The position numbers and the translations under genes were made by a program. From Eledone cirrhosa (Eukaryota): a stretch of 64,000 bases of DNA. The notes below the pieces were generated by a model. The model had not been told where the DNA came from and did no database searches. It worked only from the letters and a program-made list of their open reading frames with translations. The first letter of the stretch is position 1. The number at the start of each line of letters is the position of its first letter. Of this stretch, positions 1-12,302 are shown piece after piece. The stretch covers positions 20,026,001-20,090,000 of the forward strand of contig OZ024753.1 in assembly GCA_964016885.1 (NCBI GenBank), written 5' to 3'.

Positions 1-460
1 CAATCTCCGCACCCTCCTCGTCCACAGCTCCCTACCCCCAACTCACGCTCTGTTTCCCCCACGGTTCCTTTCCCTGTTCTAGGCCCCGCTGCAACACCTG
101 TCCCCACATCACCAACACCACCACCTTCCAGGGTTCCCAACGACCACTCTCTCTCTGTCCGGCATGCCTTCCGCTGCACCTCCTCCAACCTAGTCTACGG
201 ACTTCTTATGTCGGACAGACGGGACGTCGCCTGGCGGACCGATTCACTGAGCACCTCCAGGATATTCGTCTCGGGGGTAGTTCCCCCATCGCCCGCCACT
301 TTGGTGGCCCTGGACATTCCGCACACCATCTCACAGTCTGTGGCCTACTCCAATGCCACGGAACACCCGCCAATCGCCTTAGAGTCGAACAAAGAACTAT
401 CTTCATCTTACAGACCCACACTCCCCCCGGCCTGAACTCCCCACCCTTATTCCTTTAGCC
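1..460 (+). pseudogene. Penelope-like element (Neptune-type) linker Zn motif + GIY-YIG endonuclease remnant, frameshifted, running off the window's left edge
   Basis: Manual translation across frameshifts gives SFPCSRPRCNTCPHI...FRCTSSNLVYG / YVGQTGRRLADRFTEHLQDIR...PIARHF...GH...RLRVEQRTIFILQTHTPPGLN, which matches PLE GIY-YIG motifs. Confidence 0.88.
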
Positions 461-469
461 TTCGACCGC

Positions 470-1790
470 CCCCCTCCCCCCACACTTATCCCCCACTAAC
501 ACCACTAACACACCCCTCCTTTTCACCGCCCACTCCACAACTAACAATACTAACACCTCCACTCCACCCCTCATCCGACCACCCTTCCCCCACTAACATA
601 CTAACATCCCTCCCTTCTTCTCCTCCTCCCCCCTCCTTATCACACGCACACACCCACCGCACATATATACACGCGCTCACACTAAACACACACCCTACTA
701 CCACCACTAACCCTCACCCCCACACCTCTCACCCAACACCTCCATCCCACCACCCCGCAACTAACCTCACTAACACCCCCTGACTCCAAACACACGAACA
801 CACGCACCCACTTACACCACCCACCCCACACGCAACTAACATCACTAACACCCCCCAACCCCACGCACACGTACCCACACACCCTCGTACACCACCAACT
901 CTACACACCCTACCACCACTAACCCCCACTCACACCTGCAGTCAACCCTTCCCCACCTCCCATATACTAACACCCACTAACACCCCTTCATCAAACTACA
1001 CACACACCAGTACACCACACTCCCTCCATAGAACTACACACACCCTTCTCTCCCCGCTCCACTCACACCCTCTCTCCACACTCACTCATCCCACTAACAC
1101 CTCTACTAATACACACACACACCCTCCTCACTCTAACTTTCACACCTACCCATCCTCGCCCCTTTACCATTCCACCGACTGCTGCTATGCCCTCTGACCA
1201 CCTCCCAGCACAAACAGACACACAGCACTCCCACTGCTTGACCACTTCCTGTTGCGCGCGCACCCCACATCTCTCCTCTTCCGACCATCGCTTCATGGAA
1301 TACTCGTATGTGTAACTTAACCACCACAGAATCCACTAAACATCATAGTATTTTACCAACTTTTCAACCATCCTCTTACGTAATCACCTATATAACTCAC
1401 CCACACACACACCCCAAAAACATTTTTTTCTCCACATGCCATCTACACCCACAACACGCTTAAACCCCACACACACGTGCTTTCCACCACATATTTACAC
1501 CCTCAGCCTCCTGATTCCTCTCCCCCACCCCTCTATCCACACACGCACAGACACTCCGACCTACAACCCCCCCCCCCCCCCCACACACACACACACCTCT
1601 TCCTGAACATGCAACCTCGTTCTTCCCCCAACCCTTACTTTCACATACACACACACACACACACACGTACACCTACACACACACACCACCTTCAGCCCTC
1701 CCCGCTCGGACACCCCGTCTCCCTCTCCCCACTCCACCCGCCGCCACCCCTACACACCCCACACCCTTCCACCACCTGTTTTACCCCCCT
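470..1790. repeat. C/A-rich low-complexity tract with recurring ACTAAC motif (3' region of the Penelope element)
   Basis: Almost G-free on +, with many CACTAAC/TACTAAC words and (CA)n runs. Confidence 0.8.
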
Positions 1791-1965
1791 TTTAATTTCA
1801 GTTTATTTTGATCATGCTTTTATATTTAAATTTATTTCATTCCTTGTATTTTGATCATGCTTTACTTTTATTTTTATTTTTAATTTCATTCGCACCGTTT
1901 CCTTTCGCTATATGTCTCTCCACCACTCCCCTACACACCCTTTGAACTCTGTTCCCACACACTTC

Positions 1966-2000
1966 TCACCCGAGGAAGGGCTTATGCCTGAAACGTCGTT
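1966..2000 (+). ncRNA. Minimal type I hammerhead ribozyme core (degenerate) of a Penelope pseudo-LTR
   Basis: CCGAGGA-a-GGGC-ttat-GCCT-GAAA-CGTCG-TT; U4>C variant with no clear stem I; AATAAA follows at ~2036. Confidence 0.6.
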
Positions 2001-2094
2001 CCCCACCAACACCCCGCTCTCCAGAGCGTGAAATTAATAAACATTCGATGTACTGCCTCTCTGTTTTGTTCCTGTTCAAATTTTTCCATTTTTC

Positions 2095-2220
2095 CGTCGA
2101 AACGGCTTGAGCTCAGCCGTCGGGGTTTTACTTGTTCCTATTACCCACTCTACTACCCTAAGTATTGAGTACTTTGGTGCGTTATAGTCCACCTGGTTCC
2201 TTACCACATTTCCTTCGTTA
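2095..2220 (+). mobile_element. Short non-coding element family P1 (hammerhead 3' half, Penelope pLTR-like), ending in (TA)n
   Basis: GAAA-CGGCT-tgagctc-AGCCG-TC stem III with GUC triplet; homologous copies at ~13150-13210, 58670-58857 (-) and 62305-62556. Confidence 0.7.
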
Positions 2221-2252
2221 TATATATATATATATTGTACATATATATATAT

Positions 2253-2309
<57 letters not shown>

Positions 2310-2311
<2 letters not shown>

Positions 2312-2399
2312 TATGAAGAGAGAAGAAACATTTAGATATAATTAGTAATAAAATGTATCATACCTAAACTGCTCCTAAATTCCTCGACTACGTAGTTTC

Positions 2400-2400
<1 letters not shown>
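2310..2400 (-). mobile_element. Truncated pLTR-like fragment beginning at a hammerhead 3' half
   Basis: Minus strand starts CGAAA-CTACGTAG-TC-GAGG (palindromic stem III + GUC) and is flanked by (TA)n on both sides. Confidence 0.5.
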
Positions 2401-2477
<77 letters not shown>

Positions 2478-2478
<1 letters not shown>

Positions 2479-2712
2479 AATCAAGAAAGAAGAGTAACAT
2501 GGTTTGCTATACTATAAGGGCTTTATTCATATTGCTGACAATTCTTTCTCTGAACTGGTAGGTCTAGAGATCGCTACCCGCCTGTTTTTGCTTGAATCGA
2601 TCACCAATACTTTGTTATAACCAGTCAGTTCATACGCGTTAAAACTATCCACTACTCGGAGTACCTAACTGGACTACATCTAAGTGGACAACCTATAACA
2701 ATAATTTGTTAT
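2478..2712. mobile_element. Family P2 fragment (long-stem-II hammerhead family), with an inverted junction
   Basis: 2478-2633 matches 59283-59438; 2648-2705 is the reverse complement of ~59122-59182. Confidence 0.75.
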
Positions 2713-2723
2713 CCCGTATATAA

Positions 2724-2824
<101 letters not shown>

Positions 2825-3250
2825 AGAGTCCAAACAAGCTGAGAATGCCGGTCAAGAAGCCATCACCCTCCTAAGCCAAAAAAACGAAGCAAGCCAAACA
2901 GGTGAAACAAAAGAATTTACCTAGACCCCTGGAATTGATGATATAATCCAGTAAAGGGTTTCTACGACACCTAAATCATTTATACTGCCTGCTTCCATAT
3001 TAAGCTTTTGGGATAATGATCGAAAAAGGCTGCCACTTACACAACAGGTATTTTATTCTCAGCCAGCGAGCGGGATCCCAGCGGTAATAGTAAGTTGTTG
3101 TAGTTATAACCCCACGTGTAGTACCCTGCAAGGGAAGTAACCCCAGTTTTGGGCGTATGAATTCAGCATGTGCAAAATTGATGCAAGAATTGCAAAAACG
3201 GCACAAAACGAATCAAGCTCTCGATCGAGCTGTTTTTAAAATAAACTCAA
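2825..3250 (-). mobile_element. Diverged copy of family P3
   Basis: Reverse complement aligns by eye with ~60930-61310 (e.g. gatttaggtgt..cagaaaccc, ttcgatcattat..caaaagctt). Confidence 0.65.
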
Positions 3251-3310
3251 GGAATGAATCAGTCTATAGAATTATCTAATAGCATTAACTATTATTACAT
3301 TTCCCTCTAG

Positions 3311-3500
3311 GGCGGTGGATTGGCAGTATTGGTAGAGGGTCGGACGCCATGCTTTGACTTATAGAGTTACGGCCCTTGCCATTCTGAGTTCAAATCCCGC
3401 CGAGTTTAACTTTGCCTTTCATCCTTACGGGGTCGATAAAATAAAGTACCAGTAATGCACTGGTTTATTTGATGGCCTTGTGCCTGATGTAGAAACAATT
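3311..3500 (+). mobile_element. tRNA-derived SINE family 1, full length (Deu/Nin-like central domain)
   Basis: A box TGGCAGTATTGG, B box GAGTTCAAATCC, core GCCTTTCATCCTTACGGGGTCGATAAAATAAAGTACCAG, tail GTAGAAACAATT; more than ten copies in the window. Confidence 0.9.
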
Positions 3501-3522
3501 GCATTTCCCGGTCTCTTTTTGT

Positions 3523-3524
<2 letters not shown>

Positions 3525-3585
<61 letters not shown>

Positions 3586-3779
3586 ATATATATATATGTA
3601 TATGTGTATGTATGTATATATGTGTGTATATATGTATATGTATATGTATATGTATGTATGTGTATGGGTATGTGTATGTATATATCTATGTATATGTATA
3701 TGTATATATATGTGTATGTATGTGTATATGTATGTGTATATGTATGTATGTATGTATGTATTTATGTATGTATATATAC
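3525..3779. repeat. (TA)n/(TATG)n compound microsatellite
   Basis: Direct reading. Confidence 0.95.
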
Positions 3780-4360
3780 GTGTCAGGTGACCAGTTGGAG
3801 CTACTAGTAACATGTATCCCAGTACAACCTGTCCCATGGTCGGGTCGTTCGCGACTAAACTGGCAACCCCACCACGGTTTCTTGGACTAAAAACAAAACC
3901 TGTCAAAGGGCAAAGGAGCTCTTAAGAGTCAATGGCCATCCAAAATCACCTGGAGAGATGACCCCTGAGCCTTCGTCAAAGCAGAATTCTAGGAGAAGGA
4001 AAACTCTGATATAACACCTGCAACCCTGATAGTATCCAATGATGTTGACTTGTTCTTCTTTTTGGTAAATATCATCTTGGTTAAGGGACTGGGACTGGCT
4101 TTGTGCAGTGCCTTTGCTCACTATAAAAGCTTCACAGCACAGGCATTGCTTTATATCTGGAGATCTCTCTGCACTTGTCGTCACATGGTACCATGGGCCC
4201 AACACTATGTGTCAATAAATGTCACAAGTGTAGTGATTGTACCAGAGTTTTCAAGTCGCTGGCTGGAGTAAAAAGTCACACTCGTTCAGCGCATTGGTAG
4301 GGGTTCTCCTACATGGATATAAAGTAGTGGCTGTACTCGGAAACGAGTTGGCAGCCACCA
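3780..4360 (+). mobile_element. Non-autonomous bipartite RTE-derived element, family A, near full length
   Basis: RTE 5'UTR-like motif CTAGGAGAAGGAAAACTCTGAT; 3' half has a C2H2 remnant ([16 protein letters not shown]); ends GGCAGCCACCA + (TATG)n like the RTE LINE end at 19602. Confidence 0.8.
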
Positions 4361-4754
4361 TATATATATGTATGTGTGTATATGTATGTATGTGTGTGTA
4401 TGTATATGTATGTGTGTGTATATATGTATGTATGTATATGTGTATATATGTATGTATGTATATGTGTATGTATGTATATATGTATGTATGTATGTGTATA
4501 TATATATGTGTATATGTGTGTATGTATATGTATATATATGTATATGTGTGTATATATGTATATATATATGTGTGTATTCATATATATATATGTATATATA
4601 TATATATATGTATATATGTATATATATATATGTATGTGTGTGTATATATATGTGTGTATGTGTATATGTATATGTATATGTATGTATATGTATGTACATA
4701 TGTATATGTATGTGTATATGCGTGTATATATATATGTATATGTCTGTATATGTG

Positions 4755-4791
<37 letters not shown>

Positions 4792-4960
4792 GTACATATG
4801 TGTGTATATGTGTGTATATGTGTATATATGTGTATATATATATGTATGTGTGTGTGTATGTGTACATGTATATGTATATGTATATATATGTGTATATATA
4901 TATATGTATGTGTATGTATATGTATATGTGTATATGTATGTATATATATATATGTCATAT
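4361..4960. repeat. (TATG)n/(TA)n microsatellite tail
   Basis: Direct reading. Confidence 0.95.
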
Positions 4961-4962
4961 AT

Positions 4963-5414
4963 AAGGGCAAAGGAACTCTTAAGAGTCAATGGCAATCCAA
5001 AATCACCGGCGGAGATGACCCCTTAGCCTTTGTCAAGGCAGAATTCTAGGAGAAGGAAAACTCTGATATAACACCTGCAACCCTGATAGTATCCAATGAT
5101 GTTGACTTGTTCTTCTTTTTGGTAATTATCATCTTGGTTAAGAGAGTGGGACTGGCTTTGTGCAGTACCTTTGCTCACTATAAAAGCTTCATGACACAGG
5201 CATTGCTTTATATCTGGAGATCTCTCTACACTTGTCATCACATTGTACCATGGGTCCAGCACTATGTGTCAATAATTGTCACAAGTGTAGTGTTTGTACC
5301 AGAGTTTTCAAGTCGCTAGCTGGACTAAAAAGTCACACTCGTTCAGCGCATCGGTAGTGGTTATCCTACATGGATATAAAGTAGTGGCCGTACTCGAAAA
5401 GGAGTTGGCAGCCA

Positions 5415-5417
<3 letters not shown>
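4963..5417 (+). mobile_element. Family A copy, 5'-truncated, in tandem with the previous copy
   Basis: Closely matches 3906-4360; followed by (TA)n to ~5750. Confidence 0.85.
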
Positions 5418-5475
<58 letters not shown>

Positions 5476-5549
5476 AGATATACATATATATATAGTTCAT
5501 ATATATATATATATATATATATTGTACATATATATATATATTGTAGATA

Positions 5550-5639
<90 letters not shown>

Positions 5640-6917
5640 ATATATATATATATATAGTATATATATATATATATATTGTACATATATATATATATTGTAC
5701 ATATATATATATATATATATATATACTATATATATATTCTATATATATAATACGCATGACTTACTACATGGCTAACTTTGGCAAAATAATTATTTCCAAG
5801 GACGAATGTGTATTAATCTTTAATCAGCCGGTTTCATTACTGACAGTTTTATATTTTCATTACGAGATATTAATCCATATTAAACTATTTCTACTCAGAT
5901 CTCTGTTATTTGCATTAAATTTCTCTTTTATTCTGCATCTTATTACATTTTTATTATAGTTAAAAGTCAAACATATTATTATTCGTTTCAGTTCCATTAA
6001 CATATCGAAGTTAACTACTGAAGCAATGTACATACATGTTATTTCTGTTTGTTTCTAACTTGTTCTCTTACCGTACATTAACCGACTTCTTGAGTACTGT
6101 AACCACAAGACAAATCTTTTCATTCCGTACTCAACCCCGTCTATTGGATGTTACCCTTCCCTGTAAACCAACTAATTCTCTTCAGTAATGTATTGGGATC
6201 ATTACTTATATGAGTTAATATTATTTTATCGACGTGACTGTGTATTTTATTGCAATCAATTTTATTTATTGTTGAAGTGCATTGATTTGCATTACATTCA
6301 TGTTTCTATGCCAGTTAAAAAACTGACATCTCCTACCAAAATAGAAACAGCGAAAAATCGATATTTCAGTTGTTGCAAATTTACCATTGTAATTTCTTTT
6401 TCATATTTCATACAACTGTAATTTACTTCCTGTTGTTATGCTTGTCTTTTATCAGCATTACACTCCATTACCATCTAACCAGTATTCACAACGCGAAGAT
6501 ATTTTAACATCTTACAGGCTAACAGTGTGTTTTCGTTATTCTTGACGCGAATATATTTTAAACAACGAATCAGGTATTTTCAGGTTTCTGTGCTACGTTT
6601 AGAAATGCTTTTATTAACACTAAGATAAACATTTAAAAGATAAAGACAAATATTCCAAGATAAAAAAGAAATATACTTTCAATGGCGTCTACACCCCTTG
6701 TATCCAACGCTTTCTCGTAGTTGCATGACATGAAATAGATTCTTTATATAATAATTACTTTCATCTGAGTTGTATTGTCTGCTATTTTGGTACAGATTCA
6801 CGACTACTAAATGAACCGAGACATATATGTGAAATATGAAGAAAGATCTGTACAAAATCTCGTGGATTTTGTCAAATAAATTATCTTGACAAGTATGATG
6901 GTCGGCTGGAAAGTCCA

Positions 6918-7110
6918 TAAGCTGAAACGTTCATAGGCTGATCAAGATACTCTCTCGGAATGACCAGATGACGTTTATTTTTCGTCATAGTCTCTTAAAA
7001 GAAACAATGCATTTATTAATAAGGAAGTCTTGAAATGAATGCATGCAAGATTTCACAACTCTAGCACCACTCCTTTATAGTCACCCTATGAACTTTTCAG
7101 CACTCTCGTA
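6918..7110. mobile_element. Mariner-like MITE remnant
   Basis: Imperfect TIRs GCTGAAACGTTCATAGGCTGA / TCACCCTATGAACTTTTCAGCACTCTCGTA; a second copy lies at 8512-8695. Confidence 0.65.
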
Positions 7111-7364
7111 TGTTGCCTCTTCACAAGAAACAGGTTAATACGTTTTTTTTTATGAAACAAGTCACTGAAACGTTTAAAGAAAAAAGCATTGCTTTAGAGG
7201 TAGATTTGAGGAGTTCTGACTTCTGTTTCATATGGTCTTAGTCTCTAATGGCAATATTTGATTTATGGTGGCAGGTTCAGCTTTATAAATTATGAAAACA
7301 TGATCGCCTTTTGAAGCCGAATGGATCACACACTACACAGGTCCCGATACATTTTACCTCCTCT

Positions 7365-7550
7365 GATTTAGGTATAAGGCCAACAATGTTTGGGGTAAGG
7401 GAGGGCAAAGTCGATTAAATCGACCATTTTGCGTTACTGGTACTTTATTTTATCGACGATCCCGTAAGTCAGATAGCCTCCGCCATATTTGAACTTAGAA
7501 CGTAAGCAGCCGAAAGAAACACCGAAAAACCTTTCTGCCAATCCACCACT
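7365..7550 (-). mobile_element. SINE family 1, diverged
   Basis: Core ctggtactttattttatcgac, B box remnant, ctgccaatccacc. Confidence 0.75.
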
Positions 7551-8065
7551 CTTCTCTGCCTTCATAATAAATAAACTAGACTTCAGATTTATCTGCCCGT
7601 TATAAGCATAATATATGATGGAACTTAAGTTTGAAAAGCAAGGGAACGAAAAGCATTAATATTTAGCATTGAAGCAACATAAATCTATTGTCTAGAGGAT
7701 GTAAGTTCCCATGCTGTTGTAACTGTTCATGTATGTAAACACAAGTATAATATACTTACTAAATAAGAAATTTATTTTAGATGAAGAAAGATAAAAGCTG
7801 TGATTTGAAATGAATACATGCACACCTTTACAGCTCTACCATCACTCCTTCATAGTGAGTCTAATTTTTTTTCCATCCTAGTTTTAAGTTAAACAAATAT
7901 TGTTGTTAAGTTATGTTCCAAATACTAGTTCATAATGAGAAAGTTATATCATTTTTGTTTTAGTTATATAAATCTTTTCAAACACGTGTCTAATTATAAA
8001 ATAGGGGAACGTGTTGGTAATTCAGCGAGACTGAAATACAGAGAAGTTTGAATATGAAATAATAA

Positions 8066-8180
8066 GTGTTTCTACTTTAGGCACAAGGCCAGCAATTACC
8101 CATACATTACTGGTACTTTATTTTATTGACCCCGTAAGGAGGAAAGGCAAAGTTAACCTCGGCGGGATTTGAACTCAGAC
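8066..8180 (-). mobile_element. SINE family 1, 5'-truncated
   Basis: Core and tail match 3311-3500; flanked by a direct repeat ttgaatatgaaataataa (probable TSD). Confidence 0.85.
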
Positions 8181-8511
8181 TTGAATATGAAATAATAATG
8201 AAATATCTGGGCAATATGTGATATAGGAATATTACAGTCGGGTATTACAAGGATTAAGTGATATCGTAAACATCTGAAAATGTCAGGATATCCACATTTG
8301 AGGTGATTGAAAACAAAATAATTCAAAACTAATTTCAAATTAATAAAATATCTTTGTGCGTGGAAATTGATTATTTTTGTCAATAATTAATTGATTTTTC
8401 TCAGAAATATTGTCCACCCCCACACACTGACACGAACACACTCATGCTCATAACACACACATACACATATCACACTCAAACACACATGCATTTGTGTATG
8501 CATGTTAGCTG

Positions 8512-8695
8512 TACGACCATCGGCTGAAATGTTTATATGCTGACCAAGATACTCTCATGAAATGACCAAATATGGTTTATTTTTCTTCATAGTCCCGAGA
8601 AAGAAACAATTCAACCATTTTTAAGTGGAGTTGAAATTTATGATTTAGAATCATTCCTTCATAGTTAGCCTATGAACATTTCCGACGACCCTTGT
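8512..8695. mobile_element. Mariner-like MITE remnant, second copy
   Basis: TACGA..GGCTGAAATGTTTATATGCTGACCAAGATACTCTC ... TTAGCCTATGAACATTTCCGAC; homologous to 6918-7110. Confidence 0.6.
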
Positions 8696-9082
8696 GCACC
8701 TGAGCTGTATGGCAACAATGATAATTCCTGCCTCAGACAACACCTTTGGTGATTAAGGAGACACAATTGAAGTGAAATAATACAAGAAGCAGTTTCAACA
8801 TTACATATTGCACCTCAGAATAGAAGCAATATTAAATAACTTGTAAAAACATTAACAAATCAATCATATTGACACTTGATCGACAAAATCCCAAACCTCG
8901 CTTAACGAGAAGGGTAGAGCACATCCAATCAGACCAAGGAAACAATGTGTCCATTAGTCTTTCCGATTGCTAATACTATCTGTCGGTCGCAACACTAAGT
9001 AGGATCAACGCATGGGCCCGCAGTCGAAATCACCACCTCAGGATTGCGACGCCCCTACACACACACGCACGCACGCACGCAG

Positions 9083-9116
<34 letters not shown>

Positions 9117-9191
9117 GTTTAAGAAGATTCCGTTAAGGGTGAAAGCAGCGATTCTTTGCTTAAACTTTAATCTGTTATTTTAATAAATACA

Positions 9192-10612
9192 TCTCTATAT
9201 ATATAAAACGGAAGATGTCTGTGTGTGAGTGTGTGTGATTTTTATGTATTTCCTCATTTCCCTACCGATTTTGATGATTCTTTTCCGATGTGCTCCAAAT
9301 TTACCAACGATGGTCAACGCGTAATAAACTTTGCCAAAATTGTCCTGCTTCTATGAAATTAAATACATGCTGTAACCCTCTCTCTTACACGTTTATTCAC
9401 TCTCTCTACTACCCAATAGCGACAAAACTTTGTTCAGGAACGCGACTTAAACTTTCAAAACTAAGCAACACATCATTTTATACAACAATAAACAGTCATA
9501 ACGCTCTCTCCGTCGTTCATCTCTCTCTCTATAATAGATCATTCCCCTTCTCTATAATTTAACTGCTTTACTCTCTTCGTGCTTTGAGGTTTAACACACC
9601 TCGCTATAGTTTCTTAGCTTTACTCTCTCCGTCGCTCTTCCCTCTCTCTATAATAGATTATTCCCCCCTCTCTATAATTTAACTGCTTTACTCTCTCTGT
9701 CTCTCTTCACTCTCTATATGACAACACTGTTTTACACACCTCTCTATAGTTTCTTAGCTTTACTCTCTCCAACGCTCTTCCCTCTATAATAGATTATTCC
9801 CGCTCTCTATAATTTAACTCCTGGGGGAGTCATTGGAGTTCCGTATTGACATACGGCTTTTCTGGGGTATTTTAAATCGGCTTATTGTAAAAATAATACT
9901 TCATATAATATTAATGCTATAGACATATGAATCGGAAAGTTTAAATTATTTATTTTTTACGACGTTCATTGGTTAAATATTAATATGACAACACCCATAG
10001 TGTTGTACTTCTGGCAAGACTGCCGAATACACAGCCAAGGATGAACCTTTTCCCCTCGGGGTCAGATATCCCGTTCGATTTCCGGCGATCCCAATTCCCG
10101 GTGAGACCATGTTTTGCCATGTCCATTAACAAGTCACAAGGGCAAACATTGTCGGTGGCGGCTCATCCATTTGGGGGAGCCATGCTTCTCCCCTGGCCAA
10201 CTTTACGTTGCCTGATCCCCCGTAGGGAGCAGGAATGGACTTTTTGCTTACACTCCTCAAGGGATGACACGCAATATCGCCTACAAAGAGGTGCTATAAA
10301 TGTTGGTGCAGGTGTTGGAGGTGTTGGAGCTATGCTGTCTGGAAAACTATTTCTTGGTAGGGTCACCCATGGCGGACAGATCTGACACCCAGCGGCATCA
10401 GGGACACCATCTTGCAACTTGGCTCTGCTAAATTCGCTATTGGAAGATTATTAACCCGTCCAAAATGCTAATTGGTTCGTAACTTTTAATAACCGGTTCA
10501 ACTGCTTTATGCACTTAATTGATAAGCTTATTCGCTTTCAAGCCACGTTTACCTGTATGTAACTTTTTATAGCAAATGAACAAACCCGAGCAACGCCGGG
10601 CTAAACTGCTAG
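9192..10612 (+). mobile_element. Non-autonomous Helitron
   Basis: A|TC start (TCTCTATATATATAAAACGG), 3' hairpin CCCGAGCAACGCCGGG then CTAG|T, internal tandem repeats at ~9500-9820 and a PIF1 fragment. Confidence 0.9.
10041..10300 (+). pseudogene. Helitron RepHel PIF1-helicase C-terminal fragment
   Basis: DIPFDFRRSQFPVRPCFAMSINKSQGQTL, then frameshifted PCFSPGQLYVA. Confidence 0.9.
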
Positions 10613-11022
10613 TATATATATATAGTAATAATAATAAATGTGAATACTAAAATCCAAAGACGGCTCGATAAGGATAAATATATATAAAATATATGAGAAC
10701 CCTAGAGCAAATATTTATTAAAATAACAGATTAAAGTTTAAGCAAAGAATCGCTGCTTTCACCCTTTTGAAACTAAAGAAATCAATCTGTGACCGCAGAA
10801 GTAAATATTTCAAAAAACGTTGCAACCGAAGGAAAACAGGAAAACGATACGTTGGATCGTGAAGACGTTCCCTGGCAATTAACGGAAAAAAGCGAAGATA
10901 ATACGTCGTTATGTGGAACAATGAGAACAATTACACGCAAAGATAAAACCACGTTTATGGTATAAATGGAGTCGTAAATACATATATATAAATACCTATA
11001 TATATATATATATATATATATA

Positions 11023-12230
11023 TTAGCAGATTTACCCAGCGTTGCTTGGGTTTGAAATTATGTTAAGAATATACAGCTAGGAAGTAAAAGAAGAACATTA
11101 TTTGTCCCAACCTGTTAAAATAAGCAGAATTCTTCAATAATTAATGCAAACAAATATTTAGTGCAATCTTTGTACACATAAGACTATGTTGATAATGAAG
11201 GAAAACACTGAACAGGATGTAGTTATACAAATGATTAAAGACAATACACGTTTACCAATCTGTAAAAAAACAGGCAGTTTTGGTAAAGTTCAAAATGTTG
11301 TAATGAAAGCAGAGTTGTATACAAACAAAAAAACAATGAGAGTAAAATAAGAGAAAATCTATTATTTGAGAGCATCCTTTGCTGTGTTTGGTTAAATTTT
11401 GAACTTATAATCCAAAATATCCCGCATGACATATTCTTTGGTATGTTTTCTAATGAGTAAGGTGAAGTCAAGGCAGAGCTGTAATAAGATTTTTTGTTAA
11501 CACTAAAGCACTTCAGGATAGACGATATTCTTTGTTTTTCTTTTCGTAACAAACGCAAAGAGATTATCTCGACTGCCAACTCGTGAGCAGGCAATGTAGA
11601 ATTGTCATCCGGATAGAATGGTAGCGTCAATACTAAGTGGAGACAGTTTTTAACCACAAGGCGTATACCATTGCATAGTTTTGGAGGAGTGATATTTCTC
11701 AGCAAAATAACTGGCGTTCCCTATTTCAGAACCAATGTATTACGAGGTAAACCAGGAGGATTTATAGAATTTAGAAATTCAACTGGATAGTTGACCGCAT
11801 CCTGTGGATCACATACAGTATCAATAGATTTATATATCCGGGGTCATCCAGGAAGAATCTTGTTCAGTATGTTCCTTCATTGTCAAAAAAGTTTGATGTG
11901 TACTAATACAGCTGGAGCATAGATAATGCCCGCCTCAAATGTGGACGAAATTACTTTTAAAATGTAAAAGCTGTAGGTCCCAATGGTTTGAATGGAAAGT
12001 CCCATAAGGATTGCCAATAAAGTTGGTTATCCCCCTTTTTTTATAAGGATTGTCAATAAAGTTGGTTATCTCCCTTACATCAATGTTGCTACTGCTAATT
12101 TTGATATCGATTTTTTATTACTCAACCTGGGTCGATTGTAAAATTTGGTCAAATTCGGTTGGTAATTGTAAAAACCTTACGTATCCAAAGTTGTACACAG
12201 GCACACACATCCTCGCTTTTATATATATAA

Positions 12231-12233
<3 letters not shown>
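11023..12233 (-). mobile_element. Non-autonomous Helitron, convergent with the first
   Basis: Minus strand has a 5' TCTTTATATATATAAAAGCGAGGATGTG start and a 3' hairpin CCCAAGCAACGCTGGG + CTAA (CTRR). Confidence 0.85.
11645..11830 (-). pseudogene. Helitron PIF1-helicase 2B-region fragment
   Basis: [59 protein letters not shown]. Confidence 0.9.
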
Positions 12234-12301
<68 letters not shown>

Positions 12302-12302
12302 A

